DNA of 64,000 nucleotides from an uncultured Planctomycetia bacterium (GTDB lineage Bacteria > Omnitrophota > Gorgyraeia > 2-02-FULL-51-18). The stretch covers positions 53,132 through 117,131 of the forward strand of contig CAYSKO010000003.1 of NCBI GenBank assembly GCA_964431835.1, written 5' to 3'. The number at the start of each line of letters is the position of its first letter. The stretch's first letter is position 1. Shown here piece by piece: positions 47,452-57,069 of this stretch. The notes beneath the pieces were generated by a model. It was not told the origin of the DNA. It saw nothing but the letters and a program-made list of their open reading frames with translations, and did not search any database. Made by a program: the position numbers and the translations under genes.

Positions 47452-48330
47452 TTACGAAACCACGACCCGTAAGGGCTTGCCGGTAGCGGCAATTTCGAGT
47501 TCGGAGCCGTACGGAAAGGCGTGGCGCCGGTGAGCGCCGTCCGGAAAGATCGCGCCTTCACGCATGAGCGACCTAAGAAGTATCCTTCGGTCGGCCCCCA
47601 GAACGCCGCCACGCAGGCGGTAACCGTAACGATTCGCGTAATAAAGCTCTCGGGGAACGTATTGGAAGTAGCTCGAAGCGACTGCAAGGGCTCGGCCGCC
47701 GGCCGAAAACGCGGCTCCCGTGGACCCAGCTGCGGTGGCGACCCATACCCCGGAGCTGCGATGCTGTTCGCGGCGCTTCCCTACGGCGATCACGTAATGG
47801 CTCATCGCGGCCGGATTCGAATGCGCTACGAGAACGTCGTTCAGGACCGGCTCCTTCAGCGGACGCCCGTCGAGGCGAAGCGAGAGGCGCGCGGCCTCGA
47901 CCACTTTCGCCTTCCCGTCCAGAAGCCGGTCTAGGATGCGCGCGAACGAACGGCGGTCGGCACGGCATAGTTTGCCGACGCTGTGATTGGGGTCCGAATT
48001 CACGCCCAGAACAGGCTGTCGGTCCACGGAACGCGCCGCCTCGAGGAGCGTGCCGTCGCCTCCGACCGTCACGATGAAACCGTACCGCTCGACGCCGTGA
48101 AGCTCCCCGCGCGTTTTGGCTTCGACCGAGAGTCCGCGCTCCTGAAGAGCCGAAAGCACTTCGCGGACGGTCCCGTAGTGCTCGGCGTGCGAACGCTTAA
48201 GATGGGCGAGGTTCACGTCCCCCGCCTCGAAGGCGCGTTTCAGCCCCGAGGGCTTGTACTCGTCGAAATAGGCTTCGTAAGCGCTCTTCTTGTAAGCAAC
48301 GAGCACGCGGCCGGGACGGAATTTGGGCAT
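47452..48330 (-). CDS. nadK: NAD(+) kinase
   Basis: VGGDGTLL, LGVN, LND, SGVWVATAAGSTG...SAGG. Confidence 0.85.
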   Translation of the reverse strand: MPKFRPGRVLVAYKKSAYEAYFDEYKPSGLKRAFEAGDVNLAHLKRSHAEHYGTVREVLSALQERGLSVEAKTRGELHGVERYGFIVTVGGDGTLLEAARSVDRQPVLGVNSDPNHSVGKLCRADRRSFARILDRLLDGKAKVVEAARLSLRLDGRPLKEPVLNDVLVAHSNPAAMSHYVIAVGKRREQHRSSGVWVATAAGSTGAAFSAGGRALAVASSYFQYVPRELYYANRYGYRLRGGVLGADRRILLRSLMREGAIFPDGAHRRHAFPYGSELEIAATGKPLRVVVS

Positions 48331-48367
48331 ACATCAGTATCACAAAGGAGGGGTTGCGAAGTCAAAC

Positions 48368-48452
48368 GGGAGCGAGGCGTAAGCTCTCGCCGTCTACGGA
48401 ACTCCGAATACGTCGTTCCTTGTACGACGGCGAGAGCTTACGCCTCGCTCCC
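48368..48452. repeat. Palindromic element 1: perfect 27-bp arms around a 31-nt core
   Basis: GGGAGCGAGGCGTAAGCTCTCGCCGTC / TACGGAACTCCGAATACGTCGTTCCTTGTAC / exact reverse complement of the arm. Confidence 0.92.
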
Positions 48453-48481
48453 TTCCGCAAAGGGATTCGACATGGGCAGAA

Positions 48482-48562
48482 GGAACGGGTGGGGTGTTTC
48501 GGCTTCGTACGAGGAACGACGTATTCGGAGTTCCGTAGAAGCCGAAACTCCCCACCCGTTCC
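48482..48562. repeat. Palindromic element 2: 25-bp arms (one mismatch) around an inverted copy of the same core
   Basis: GGAACGGGTGGGGTGTTTCGGCTTC / GTACGAGGAACGACGTATTCGGAGTTCCGTA / GAAGCCGAAACTCCCCACCCGTTCC. Confidence 0.92.
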
Positions 48563-48603
48563 GGAACCTATTTTCTATGCGACTTTATATTTTTGAATTT
48601 CGA

Positions 48604-49137
48604 TTAGAATTTGAATTCGGCCTGCTCAGGCGGGTAGAGAACGCGTTCGCGGTCGAGTTTCGCGAAAGGGGTGAGCTTGTGTTTCTGTGCGGTTTTTCCG
48701 GAGATGACGTGGAACACTTCGACGCCGCGCGCCGTCAGCGCGTCGGACAAGAGTGAACGGTGGCAGCGCCACGGCACGGACTCGGCGCACAGGACGGCGG
48801 CCGGACCTTTATCGGCGTTGAAGGAAAGGAGCGCGTCGAGAGCGCGGCGGAACTGCGGGGTTTCCATGTGATCGGCGTAGCCGCGGAAGGAATCGCTCTT
48901 CCATCCCCCGTTGGGCGAATCGGGCCGGGGACGGCGACGGCCGCCGAGATCGGGGAAATGTAGATAGGCGATGCCAGAGGGAGCGAGCTCTTCCGGAAGG
49001 GTGCGGATGTCGTACTGCGGGTGGCGCTTCGAGCGGGGAATCAGACGAACATCGGCCAGCGCCTTCACGCCGCTCGCTTCGAGGAGCCCGACGAGCTCTC
49101 CGAGCGGGCGCGTGGAATGGCCGACCGTGTAGATCAA
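48604..49137 (-). CDS. DUF488 family protein
   Basis: IYTVGHSTR, DVR..P.S, LGGRR, CAE..PWRCHR; TTG start overlapping the upstream stop is assumed. Confidence 0.88.
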   Translation of the reverse strand: MIYTVGHSTRPLGELVGLLEASGVKALADVRLIPRSKRHPQYDIRTLPEELAPSGIAYLHFPDLGGRRRPRPDSPNGGWKSDSFRGYADHMETPQFRRALDALLSFNADKGPAAVLCAESVPWRCHRSLLSDALTARGVEVFHVISGKTAQKHKLTPFAKLDRERVLYPPEQAEFKF

Positions 49138-49523
49138 GCCGCGACGGCGGCGGTGATCTTCGAGAGTTCCGACATTTCGATCGGCTTCGAAAGGCATGCG
49201 GTGGGGCGGATATTGAAGCGCTGGAGGAACATTTCGTTCGCAGTCGACGCCGTGAGAACGACCACGGGGACGTTGCGGAGCGCGGGATTGGCCTGGATCT
49301 CGACGATGATCTCGAAGCCGGTGCGCTTCGGGAGATACAGGTCGAGAAGGATGAGGTCGGGACGGTTGTCTTCGGTGAGTCCCTGCACGAGCTCGAACGC
49401 CAATTCGCCGTCCTGGATGACGTCCAGACGGTTGACCATGTCGCTCTCGCTCAGCGTTTCGCGGGTCATTCGCACGTCTTCGTTGTTGTCCTCGATCAGC
49501 AGGATGTTCATTTTACGGGCCAT
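49134..49523 (-). CDS. Single-domain response regulator (Rcp1-like)
   Basis: ILLIED, PDLILLDLYLP, PVVVLTAS, KP. Confidence 0.88.
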   Translation of the reverse strand: MARKMNILLIEDNNEDVRMTRETLSESDMVNRLDVIQDGELAFELVQGLTEDNRPDLILLDLYLPKRTGFEIIVEIQANPALRNVPVVVLTASTANEMFLQRFNIRPTACLSKPIEMSELSKITAAVAA

Positions 49524-49726
49524 GGCGTGGGACCTTTCTTTGCGGGTTGACCTTGAAAGGACGGATCGTCTGATCGTTAGCAAAAGGCTTTAAGAAGGAG
49601 GAAAACTGCGATTTTCAGATTCGGTACCGGATCGAGCAAAAAAGACGGGAGTCGTGCGGCGGATCGACTTACGGACGATATTATATCATCCGCGGGTCGA
49701 AAAAGAAACCGGATTCTAGGGGGTTT

Positions 49727-51163
49727 TTAGGCGTTTTGCGGAGCCGGAGCGGGCGCTTTGCGCGAATAGACGTGGGTCGCATGGCCATAGAAGGCCTCGG
49801 CGCATTCCATCAGCGTCTCGCCGTACGTCGGATGCGGGTGCACGGTGTTCGCGAGGTCGAATGCTGTCGCGCCCATCTCGATCGCGAGCGCCCCTTCACC
49901 GATCATCTCTCCCGCGCCGGCACCGACGATGCCCACGCCCAGGATACGCTCGGATTCGGCGTCCACGACGAGCTTGGTGAGACCTTCTTTGTCGGTGGCG
50001 AGCGCGCGCCCCGAGGCGCCCCACGGGAACTTCGCGACCTTGACGGCGAGGCCCTTGTCGCGCGCCTCGTTCTCGGTCACGCCGCACCAGGCGATCTCGG
50101 GTTCGGTGAAGACAACCGCCGGAACGATCACGTCCTTAAATTGGTTCTCTCCGCCGAGGATCACGTCGACGGCGACGCGCGCCTCGCGCGCGGCCTTGTG
50201 CGCGAGCATGAGCCCGCCGACCACGTCGCCGATGGCGAAGATATTCGGGTCCGAAGTGCGCTGCTGCGCGTCCACCTTGATGAAGCCCTTCTCGTCGCGC
50301 TGCACCTTCGTGTGCTGGAGGCCGATATCGGAGCAGTTGGGGGTGCGGCCGACGGAAACAAGCACGCGGTCGTAGAGTTCGTCGACCGATTTGCCGCCGA
50401 AATCCATGTGCACCTTGATCTGCTTGCCGCTCGTGGACATCTTGGAAACTTTCGCGCCGAGGCGCACTTCTTTGAAATTCTTTTCCGCGTATTTCACCAC
50501 CGGACGGGCCAGATCGGCGTCGGCGCCGGCGAGAATCGAACCCATCGCCTCGACGAGCGTGATCTTGGAGCCGAGCGATGCGTACACGGTGCCGAGCTCC
50601 ATGCCGATGTAGCCGCCGCCGACGACGAGGAGCTCCTGGGGCACTTCTTCGAGCTCGAGCGCCTCGGTAGAGGTCATGATGCGCTTGTTGCCGAGGTCGA
50701 ACGCCTTGGGAAGCGCGGGCTTCGAGCCCGTCGCCACGATCGCCTTGTCGAACTGGAGGAACTTCTGTCCGTCCGGAGTTTCGACGCGCAGAATCTTAGA
50801 ATCTTCGAACACGCCACGCCCGATCACGACTTCGACGCCACGGGCCTTGGCCAATTGCTGGATGCCGCCGCCCAGTTTCTCGAGAATGGATTCCTTCCAA
50901 GCGCGGAGCTTGTCGATCTTGAGGACGGGCTTGGCGAATTCGATGCCGCGCGCCGAAGAGAGCTCGGCCTCGTGGATCATTTTGGTGGCGTGGAGATACG
51001 CCTTCGAAGGGATGCAGCCGCGGTTTAAACACACGCCGCCGAGACGTTTTTCCTGCTCGATCAGAACGACCTTTCGGCCCTTGTCGGCCGCGTAGAACGC
51101 CGCCGCGTAGCCGCCGGGGCCGGCGCCGATGACGACGACGTCGACCTTCTGGGAGCCCTTCAT
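49727..51163 (-). CDS. lpdA: Dihydrolipoamide dehydrogenase (E3)
   Basis: GAGPGG, GGVCLNRGCIPSK, HPHPT..E. Confidence 0.95.
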   Translation of the reverse strand: MKGSQKVDVVVIGAGPGGYAAAFYAADKGRKVVLIEQEKRLGGVCLNRGCIPSKAYLHATKMIHEAELSSARGIEFAKPVLKIDKLRAWKESILEKLGGGIQQLAKARGVEVVIGRGVFEDSKILRVETPDGQKFLQFDKAIVATGSKPALPKAFDLGNKRIMTSTEALELEEVPQELLVVGGGYIGMELGTVYASLGSKITLVEAMGSILAGADADLARPVVKYAEKNFKEVRLGAKVSKMSTSGKQIKVHMDFGGKSVDELYDRVLVSVGRTPNCSDIGLQHTKVQRDEKGFIKVDAQQRTSDPNIFAIGDVVGGLMLAHKAAREARVAVDVILGGENQFKDVIVPAVVFTEPEIAWCGVTENEARDKGLAVKVAKFPWGASGRALATDKEGLTKLVVDAESERILGVGIVGAGAGEMIGEGALAIEMGATAFDLANTVHPHPTYGETLMECAEAFYGHATHVYSRKAPAPAPQNA

Positions 51164-52449
51164 ATCTTCACGTCCCCTTCTTTAAATTCTTCGAGGAAAC
51201 GCACGATCTCCTGCAGGAAACGCGCGCCGTCCGCGCCGTCGACCGCGCGGTGGTCGTAAGAAAGGCCAAGAGGCAGGAGAAGCTTGGGTTCGAAAACGGT
51301 CTTGTCCCCTTCCTTCACGGCGACGGGCTTGATCGACCCTTTGCCGACTCCGAGAATCGCGAGCTCGGGAACGTTCACGATCGGCGTGAAGAACGTGCCA
51401 CCGATGCCGCCCAAGTTCGAGATCGTGAACGAGCCGCCCTTCAGCTGGTCGACCGAAACCTTGCGCTGGCGCGTCTTCTCCGCGAGATCGCCCAGTTCCT
51501 TGGCGATTTCGAAAAGGCTCTTCTTGTCCGCGTCGCGGAGGACGGGAACGATGAGGCCGGTCTCGGTGTCGACGGCCACGCCCAGGTGCACGTAGTCCTT
51601 GAGGACCAGCGTTTCGCCGTCGGCGTCGAGCGACGCGTTGACCTGTGGATACTTTTTAAGAGCGGAAACGGCGGCCTTCATGATGAACGGCGTCACGGTG
51701 AGTGCGGCACCCTTCTTCTCGTAGGCGGCTGCGTACTTCTTTCGGAACGCCATGAGCTGGGTAATGTCGGCCTCGTCGAACTGGGTGACGTGCGGGACGG
51801 TGGTCCACGATTCCGTCATTTTCTCCGCGATCTTCTTTCGGAGCGACGAGAGCGGCTTCTTGGTGACCGGACCCCACTTCGAGAAATCGATCGATTCGCG
51901 CTTCGGAGCGGCCGGAGCCGAAGGAGCGGCCGGCTGGCCACCGCCCGAGAAAGCCATCTGCTGGAGGTTCAGGACGTAATCGCGGAGATCGCCGACCGTA
52001 ATGCGGCCGCCGGGTTCGGAGCCACGCACGCGCGAGAGGTCGATGCCGAGGTCTTGCGCAAGCTTGCGGACAGTCGGAGAAGCGGCCGGCGGAATGCCGG
52101 CAGGAGACTGGAACGAATACTGTGCCGGAGCGGACTGAGCGGGAGCCGGCGCGGGGCGTGCGGACTGCTCGGCGCTGCGCGCGTTCGGAGCCGCGGGAGC
52201 CGGCGCGGAAGACTCCCCGGCGCCGTCGAGCTGAACGATGACCTGGCCGACCGAAACCTTGTCGCCGACCTTGACGAGAATTTTCTTCACGACGCCGGCA
52301 TGCGTGGAAGGGATCGGAGCGACGGCCTTCTCGTTTTCGAGCTCGAGGATCGTCTGGTCCTTGGCGACGGTGTCGCCTTCTTTGACGAAAATGTTCACGA
52401 CCGACCCGGTGTCGGCCCCTTCCCCGAGGTGGGGAATGCGGATGTCCAT
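51160..52449 (-). CDS. aceF: Dihydrolipoamide acetyltransferase (E2), single lipoyl domain
   Basis: Lipoyl domain (ENEKA), E3-binding ASPTVRKLA, DHRAVDGA. Confidence 0.9.
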   Translation of the reverse strand: MDIRIPHLGEGADTGSVVNIFVKEGDTVAKDQTILELENEKAVAPIPSTHAGVVKKILVKVGDKVSVGQVIVQLDGAGESSAPAPAAPNARSAEQSARPAPAPAQSAPAQYSFQSPAGIPPAASPTVRKLAQDLGIDLSRVRGSEPGGRITVGDLRDYVLNLQQMAFSGGGQPAAPSAPAAPKRESIDFSKWGPVTKKPLSSLRKKIAEKMTESWTTVPHVTQFDEADITQLMAFRKKYAAAYEKKGAALTVTPFIMKAAVSALKKYPQVNASLDADGETLVLKDYVHLGVAVDTETGLIVPVLRDADKKSLFEIAKELGDLAEKTRQRKVSVDQLKGGSFTISNLGGIGGTFFTPIVNVPELAILGVGKGSIKPVAVKEGDKTVFEPKLLLPLGLSYDHRAVDGADGARFLQEIVRFLEEFKEGDVKI

Positions 52450-52476
52450 TCCAAATCTCCTAAATAAAAAAAGCCC

Positions 52477-55158
52477 TTACGGGCATATGGGGTAAATCTT
52501 CTCAGGATCGACGCCGAGGTCGCGTACGGCCTGGGCGACGACGGACGCGTCAATCTTGCCCTTTTTATGGAGGGCGAAAAGCGTGGCGATCACGGTGCAT
52601 TCGGCGTCCACTTCGAAGAAGCGGCGCAGGTGCTCGCGCGTATCGCTGCGCCCAAAGCCGTCGGTGCCGAGCGTCATGAGGCCACCGGGGACCCAGGGCG
52701 CGATCTGATCGGGCACGATGCGCATGTTGTCGGAGACGGCCACGAAAACGCCTTGCTCCTTTTCGAGCACCGTCTCGACGTACGATTTCTTCGGCTTCTC
52801 GGTCGGGTGCAGCATGTTCCAGCGCTGGGCGTTCGTCGCGTCCACGCGCAGCTGCTTGTAATTGGTGGCGCTCCAGACGTCGGCCGAGACGTCGTACTTC
52901 TCGGCGAGGATCTCCTGGGCGCGCAGCGCCTCGCGGAGGATCGAGCCGGAGCCGAGGATCTGGGCCTTGTGCTTTTTGCCGGCCGCGCCGGGGCGGAATT
53001 TGTAGAGGCCCTTCAGAATCCCCTCTTCAACGCCTTCGGGCATCGCGGGCTGATGGTAGTTCTCGTTATGGACCGTGACGTAGTAATAAATGTCTTCGTT
53101 GTTCACGTACATGCGGCGCATGCCGTCGCGGATGATCACCGCGATCTCGTAAGAGTAAGCGGGATCGTAGGCGATGACCGTGGGGATCGTGCTCGCCATG
53201 ATGTGGCTGTGTCCGTCCTGATGCTGGAGGCCTTCGCCGTTCAGCGTCGTCCGGCCGGCGGTCGCGCCGATCAGGAAACCGCGTGCCTTGATGTCGCCCG
53301 CGAGCCACATCATGTCGCCGACGCGCTGGAAGCCGAACATCGAATAATAGATAAAGAACGGGATCGTCGGCGCGCTCAAATTCGCGTACGACGTGGCCGC
53401 GGCGATCCAAGACGCCATCGACCCGGCTTCGGTGATGCCTTCCTCGAGAATTTGGCCGTCTTTGGCTTCCTGGTAATAAAGGAGGGATTCGCGGTCGACC
53501 GGCTCGTAGAGCTGGCCCTTCGGGGAGTAGATGCCGATCTGGCGGAAAAGCGCGTCCATGCCGAACGTGCGCGCCTCGTCCGGGATGATCGGAACGACGC
53601 GACGGCCGCTCTCGGGATGGCGTAGGAGCTTCGTCAGGATACGGACGAACGCCATCGTCGTCGAAGCCTCCGTCTCGCCGAAGCCCTTCAGGAACTCGGA
53701 ATAATAATCGGATTCGGGAATCCGAACGGGCTCGTGCTTCACGACGCGCTTCGGGAGGAAGCCGCCGAGCGCTTTGCGCCGGTCGAGGAGATACTTCATC
53801 TCGACCGAATCCTGCGCGGGTCGGTAGAACGGCGTGTCGACGATTTCTTCGTCCGAGATCGGGACGTTGAAGCGCGCCCGGAATTCGCGCAGTTCTTTTT
53901 CGTTCAGCTTTTTCTGCTGGTGCGTGATGTTGCGGCCTTCGCCGGCTTCGCCGAGGCCGTAGCCCTTGACCGTCTTCGCGAGAATCACGGTCGGGCGGCC
54001 CTTCGTCTCGACGGCCGCCTTGTACGCCGCGTAAACCTTCTTCGGATCGTGGCCGCCGCGGAGCATCTTCTGGATCTGCTCGTCGGAAAGGTGGTTCACC
54101 ATCTCGAGGAGCTCGGGGTGCTTGCCGAAGAAATGCTTGCGGGTGTAGCTGCCCGGCTCGACTGAATATTTTTGGTAGTCGCCATCGACCGCCTCTTCCA
54201 TGCGCTTCATGAGGAGGCCTTTATGGTCCTTCTTGAGGAGCTCGTCCCAATCGGAGCCCCAGATGACCTTGATGACGTTCCATCCGGCGCCGCGGAAAAG
54301 ACCTTCCAGCTCCTGGATGATCTTGCCGTTGCCGCGCACGGGGCCGTCCAGGCGCTGGAGATTGCAGTTCACGACCCAGATGAGATTGTCCAAGTGTTCG
54401 CGGCCGGCGACGGTGAGCGCGCCGAGCGACTCCGGTTCGTCCGATTCGCCGTCTCCGACGTAGCACCAAACCTTCGGTTCACGGCCTTTCAGGAAGCCGC
54501 GCGCGGACATGTAGCGAAGGAAGCGCGCCTGGTAGATCGACATGATCGGCGCCAGGCCCATCGAGACCGACGGGAACTGCCAGAAATCGGGCATCAAGTA
54601 AGGGTGCGGATAAGAGGAAAGACCGCCGCCCTCGGCGAGCTCCTGCCTGAAATTATGGAGGTGTTTGGCCGTGAGACGGCCTTCGAGATAGGCGCGCGCG
54701 TAATTGCCGGGAGACGCGTGGCCCTGGAAATAAACGAGATCGCCCGGACCGTCGCCGTTTTCCCCGCCGCGGAAGAAGTGATTGAACGCGACCTCGTAGA
54801 GCGTGCAAAGCGAGGCGTACGTCGAGATGTGTCCGCCCAGGCCGCTGTTGATGCGGTTGGCCTTCACGACCATGGCCATCGCGTTCCAGCGGACGTAGCT
54901 TCGCAGGCGCTTCTCGATCGCCATGTCGCCGGGATAAGGCGGCTCTTGTTCGACCGGGATCGAATTCACGTACGGCGTGTTCACCGATCGCGGGATCTGA
55001 ACGCCCGAATCCGAGAGCCGGCCGATCAGCTTATCGAGAAAATAGGGGTTGGTCTGGGACGCGTACTCGAGCATGTGCTCGAGCGAGTCCAGCCATTCTT
55101 GCGTGTCGTTGCCGTTGGCCTTCGAGAGGTCCACGGCCTTCAATTCTTTAGGATCCAT
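52477..55158 (-). CDS. aceE: Pyruvate dehydrogenase E1, homodimeric type
   Basis: GGHISTYAS, QGHASPG, GDGESDEPES, LQRLDGPVRGNGK, GEGLQHQDG. Confidence 0.95.
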   Translation of the reverse strand: MDPKELKAVDLSKANGNDTQEWLDSLEHMLEYASQTNPYFLDKLIGRLSDSGVQIPRSVNTPYVNSIPVEQEPPYPGDMAIEKRLRSYVRWNAMAMVVKANRINSGLGGHISTYASLCTLYEVAFNHFFRGGENGDGPGDLVYFQGHASPGNYARAYLEGRLTAKHLHNFRQELAEGGGLSSYPHPYLMPDFWQFPSVSMGLAPIMSIYQARFLRYMSARGFLKGREPKVWCYVGDGESDEPESLGALTVAGREHLDNLIWVVNCNLQRLDGPVRGNGKIIQELEGLFRGAGWNVIKVIWGSDWDELLKKDHKGLLMKRMEEAVDGDYQKYSVEPGSYTRKHFFGKHPELLEMVNHLSDEQIQKMLRGGHDPKKVYAAYKAAVETKGRPTVILAKTVKGYGLGEAGEGRNITHQQKKLNEKELREFRARFNVPISDEEIVDTPFYRPAQDSVEMKYLLDRRKALGGFLPKRVVKHEPVRIPESDYYSEFLKGFGETEASTTMAFVRILTKLLRHPESGRRVVPIIPDEARTFGMDALFRQIGIYSPKGQLYEPVDRESLLYYQEAKDGQILEEGITEAGSMASWIAAATSYANLSAPTIPFFIYYSMFGFQRVGDMMWLAGDIKARGFLIGATAGRTTLNGEGLQHQDGHSHIMASTIPTVIAYDPAYSYEIAVIIRDGMRRMYVNNEDIYYYVTVHNENYHQPAMPEGVEEGILKGLYKFRPGAAGKKHKAQILGSGSILREALRAQEILAEKYDVSADVWSATNYKQLRVDATNAQRWNMLHPTEKPKKSYVETVLEKEQGVFVAVSDNMRIVPDQIAPWVPGGLMTLGTDGFGRSDTREHLRRFFEVDAECTVIATLFALHKKGKIDASVVAQAVRDLGVDPEKIYPICP

Positions 55159-55241
55159 TTGGGATGTCCGTCCGCCTGTTTTCCGCTATATTATACTCAA
55201 GCGGACGCTCATTTTACTACACGGGGAGCCTGTTGCAACAG

Positions 55242-55943
55242 ATGAAATTTATAGACCACACGTTCGGAAACCCGGCGGAGGACCTCGCCTGCGACGAGGC
55301 GCTGCTCGACGCGTGCGAAACCGACGGCGGGGAAGCCCTGCGGTTTTGGGAACCGCACGACGCGTTCGTGGTCCTCGGCTACTCGAATCGCCTCCAAACC
55401 GAGACGCGCGTCGAGGCTTGCCGGGGCCTCGACATCCCGGTCTTCCGCCGCGCCTCGGGCGGCGGCACCGTGCTTCAAGCCCCTGGCTGCCTGAATTACG
55501 CGGTGATCTTGAAAAACGAGCGAGCCCCTTCCGTACGCGCGGCCAACGGCTACGTGATGGAACGCCACCGCGCGGCCCTAGAATCTCTTCTGGGTGAAAC
55601 GGTCGCGGTGCGCGGTCACACGGACCTATGTCTCGGGGAGCTCAAATTTTCCGGCAATTCCCAGCGCCGGAAACGCTCACACTTCCTCTTCCACGGCACG
55701 CTCCTGCTTTCGATGGACCTCTCGCTCGTGGCGCAGGCGCTCGCCGCCCCCTCGGTTGCTCCCGAGTACCGTCGCGGGCGCGGGCACGAAGCCTTCCTGC
55801 TCAACTTGGGAATTCCTCCCGCTCGCGTGAAGGCCGCCCTCGCTGCCGTCTGGAAAGCTTCTCGCTCCGAAGAGCCCCCGCACGCGCTGACCCGTGAGCT
55901 CTCCGCCCGGTACGCCGACCCCGCCTGGACCCAGCGTCTCTAA
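55242..55943 (+). CDS. Lipoate-protein ligase family protein
   Basis: Start re-assigned to MKFIDH; LACDEALL, RRASGGGTV, KFSGNSQ, HGTLL; divergent from the PDH operon. Confidence 0.88.
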   Translation: MKFIDHTFGNPAEDLACDEALLDACETDGGEALRFWEPHDAFVVLGYSNRLQTETRVEACRGLDIPVFRRASGGGTVLQAPGCLNYAVILKNERAPSVRAANGYVMERHRAALESLLGETVAVRGHTDLCLGELKFSGNSQRRKRSHFLFHGTLLLSMDLSLVAQALAAPSVAPEYRRGRGHEAFLLNLGIPPARVKAALAAVWKASRSEEPPHALTRELSARYADPAWTQRL

Positions 55944-55977
55944 AAAAATCGGGGACCGCCCGAAGGCGATCCCCGAA
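55942..55977 (-). terminator. Intrinsic terminator for the minus-strand gene at 56002-56508
   Basis: TCGGGGA..GCC-CGAA-GGC..TCCCCGA hairpin with an A-tract on its left side. Confidence 0.7.
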
Positions 55978-56001
55978 GAATAGCGCGTTGTGGTGCTTGT
56001 C

Positions 56002-56508
56002 TTACATCGAGCTGCCGGTAGAACCGGAAGCCGAGGTCGAACCCGTTCCCGCGGAACCGGTCGCCGAAGCGTCGCCCGACGTGGAAGCGCCCATCGAACC
56101 CGCATCCGCCGAACCCGTCGCGCTCATCCCGGAGTCCGCCGAAGCGGTGGTGCCGGAGATGGCCGAGGCGTCGACCGAGGTCGCGTCCGAGGACGTGGCC
56201 GTCGTCGAAGCGTCGGAAGCGTCCGCCGCCGCGCTCAGCTCGACGGAGCTGGCCGTGAAGGCGCCGTTGTCTTCGTTCGCGTCGAGCATAACCATCGAGC
56301 CGGACTGAACGTCCGCCGCCGAAGTGCCCGTGCCCGAATACTTCGCGTCCTGGTTCATCTTAACCTGGACTTCCTGGCCGTCATCCTTGCGAACCGTCAT
56401 CATCCCCGTCGAAGAATCGAAGTTCGAAACGGTGCCCCTGATTTCGTCGGCGGACGCGGTTCCCGCGACGAGCAAAAGCCCGACCATCATAAAAGCGTAG
56501 TTCTTCAT
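56002..56508 (-). CDS. Secreted protein: small OB-fold-like (DUF5666-like) domain plus Ser/Thr/Ala/Gly-rich tail
   Basis: Signal peptide, AGGAG RBS, IRGTVSNFD...GSMV...ASSVEL, then low-complexity sequence. Confidence 0.65.
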   Translation of the reverse strand: MKNYAFMMVGLLLVAGTASADEIRGTVSNFDSSTGMMTVRKDDGQEVQVKMNQDAKYSGTGTSAADVQSGSMVMLDANEDNGAFTASSVELSAAADASDASTTATSSDATSVDASAISGTTASADSGMSATGSADAGSMGASTSGDASATGSAGTGSTSASGSTGSSM

Positions 56509-56577
56509 TTTAAATCTCCTTTGTCTCTCGTATTCTCTAAAAAACGCCGTGGTCCACCTCGGACAACGGCGACCTTC

Positions 56578-57057
56578 TTAATAACGGGCTTCTACGCCCG
56601 TTTCCATGAGTTCCTTGAAACGGTCAAGGTCATGGTCGATCTGCTGGGACGGTTCGTCGCCGAATAGCCGCGCGAACGCGACTCCGACGGCGCCTGCCGG
56701 AGGATTATAGGCGAGCTCCACCTTTACATCCGTGCCGCCGTCCGGGGACTTGTCGAAGCGCACCGAACCGGTGTGCTCGATTTGCGAGCCCTCGATCGAC
56801 TTCCAGCTGATCACTTCGTTCACGCGGTCGGTCACGATCTCGGCGTCCCACTCCACCTTCACACCGAGCGGCGCTTTCGCCACCCAATGCGACCGGGTCT
56901 CGTCGATCATCTCGACGACTTCCAGATGCTCCATGAACCTCGGAAGATTCTCGAAGTCGTGCCAGAAGGCATAAAGCTCTTCGCGCGATTTATTGATCCG
57001 TACAGTCTTTTGAAATTTCATGTCGTACGATTCGATATCGCTCGGTTTTCTCGACAT
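56578..57057 (-). CDS. SRPBCC/cyclase family protein
   Basis: W.DFENLPRFMEHL, SHW, VEWDAEI, DL.RFKELMETG. Confidence 0.9.
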   Translation of the reverse strand: MSRKPSDIESYDMKFQKTVRINKSREELYAFWHDFENLPRFMEHLEVVEMIDETRSHWVAKAPLGVKVEWDAEIVTDRVNEVISWKSIEGSQIEHTGSVRFDKSPDGGTDVKVELAYNPPAGAVGVAFARLFGDEPSQQIDHDLDRFKELMETGVEARY

Positions 57058-57069
57058 TTTCGATCCTCC

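Noticed and set aside
48368-48562. Twin hairpins interpreted as CRISPR, integron attC sites or simple terminators
   Set aside because: Only two units in inverted orientation, no cas or integrase gene, no RYYYAAC/GTTRRRY ends, and no U-tracts.
49570-49600. TTAG/TTAA words upstream of the response regulator (similarly 61155-61205 upstream of the kinase)
   Set aside because: They lack the 11/11/10 periodicity and the fixed TATAA spacing.
52320-52345. Lipoyl motif ENEKA instead of the usual DKA
   Set aside because: The lysine is retained and the substitution is conservative.
55988-56308. Plus-strand Ala/Glu/Pro-rich ORF
   Set aside because: Antisense reading of the low-complexity tail of 56002-56508, which has the RBS and signal peptide.
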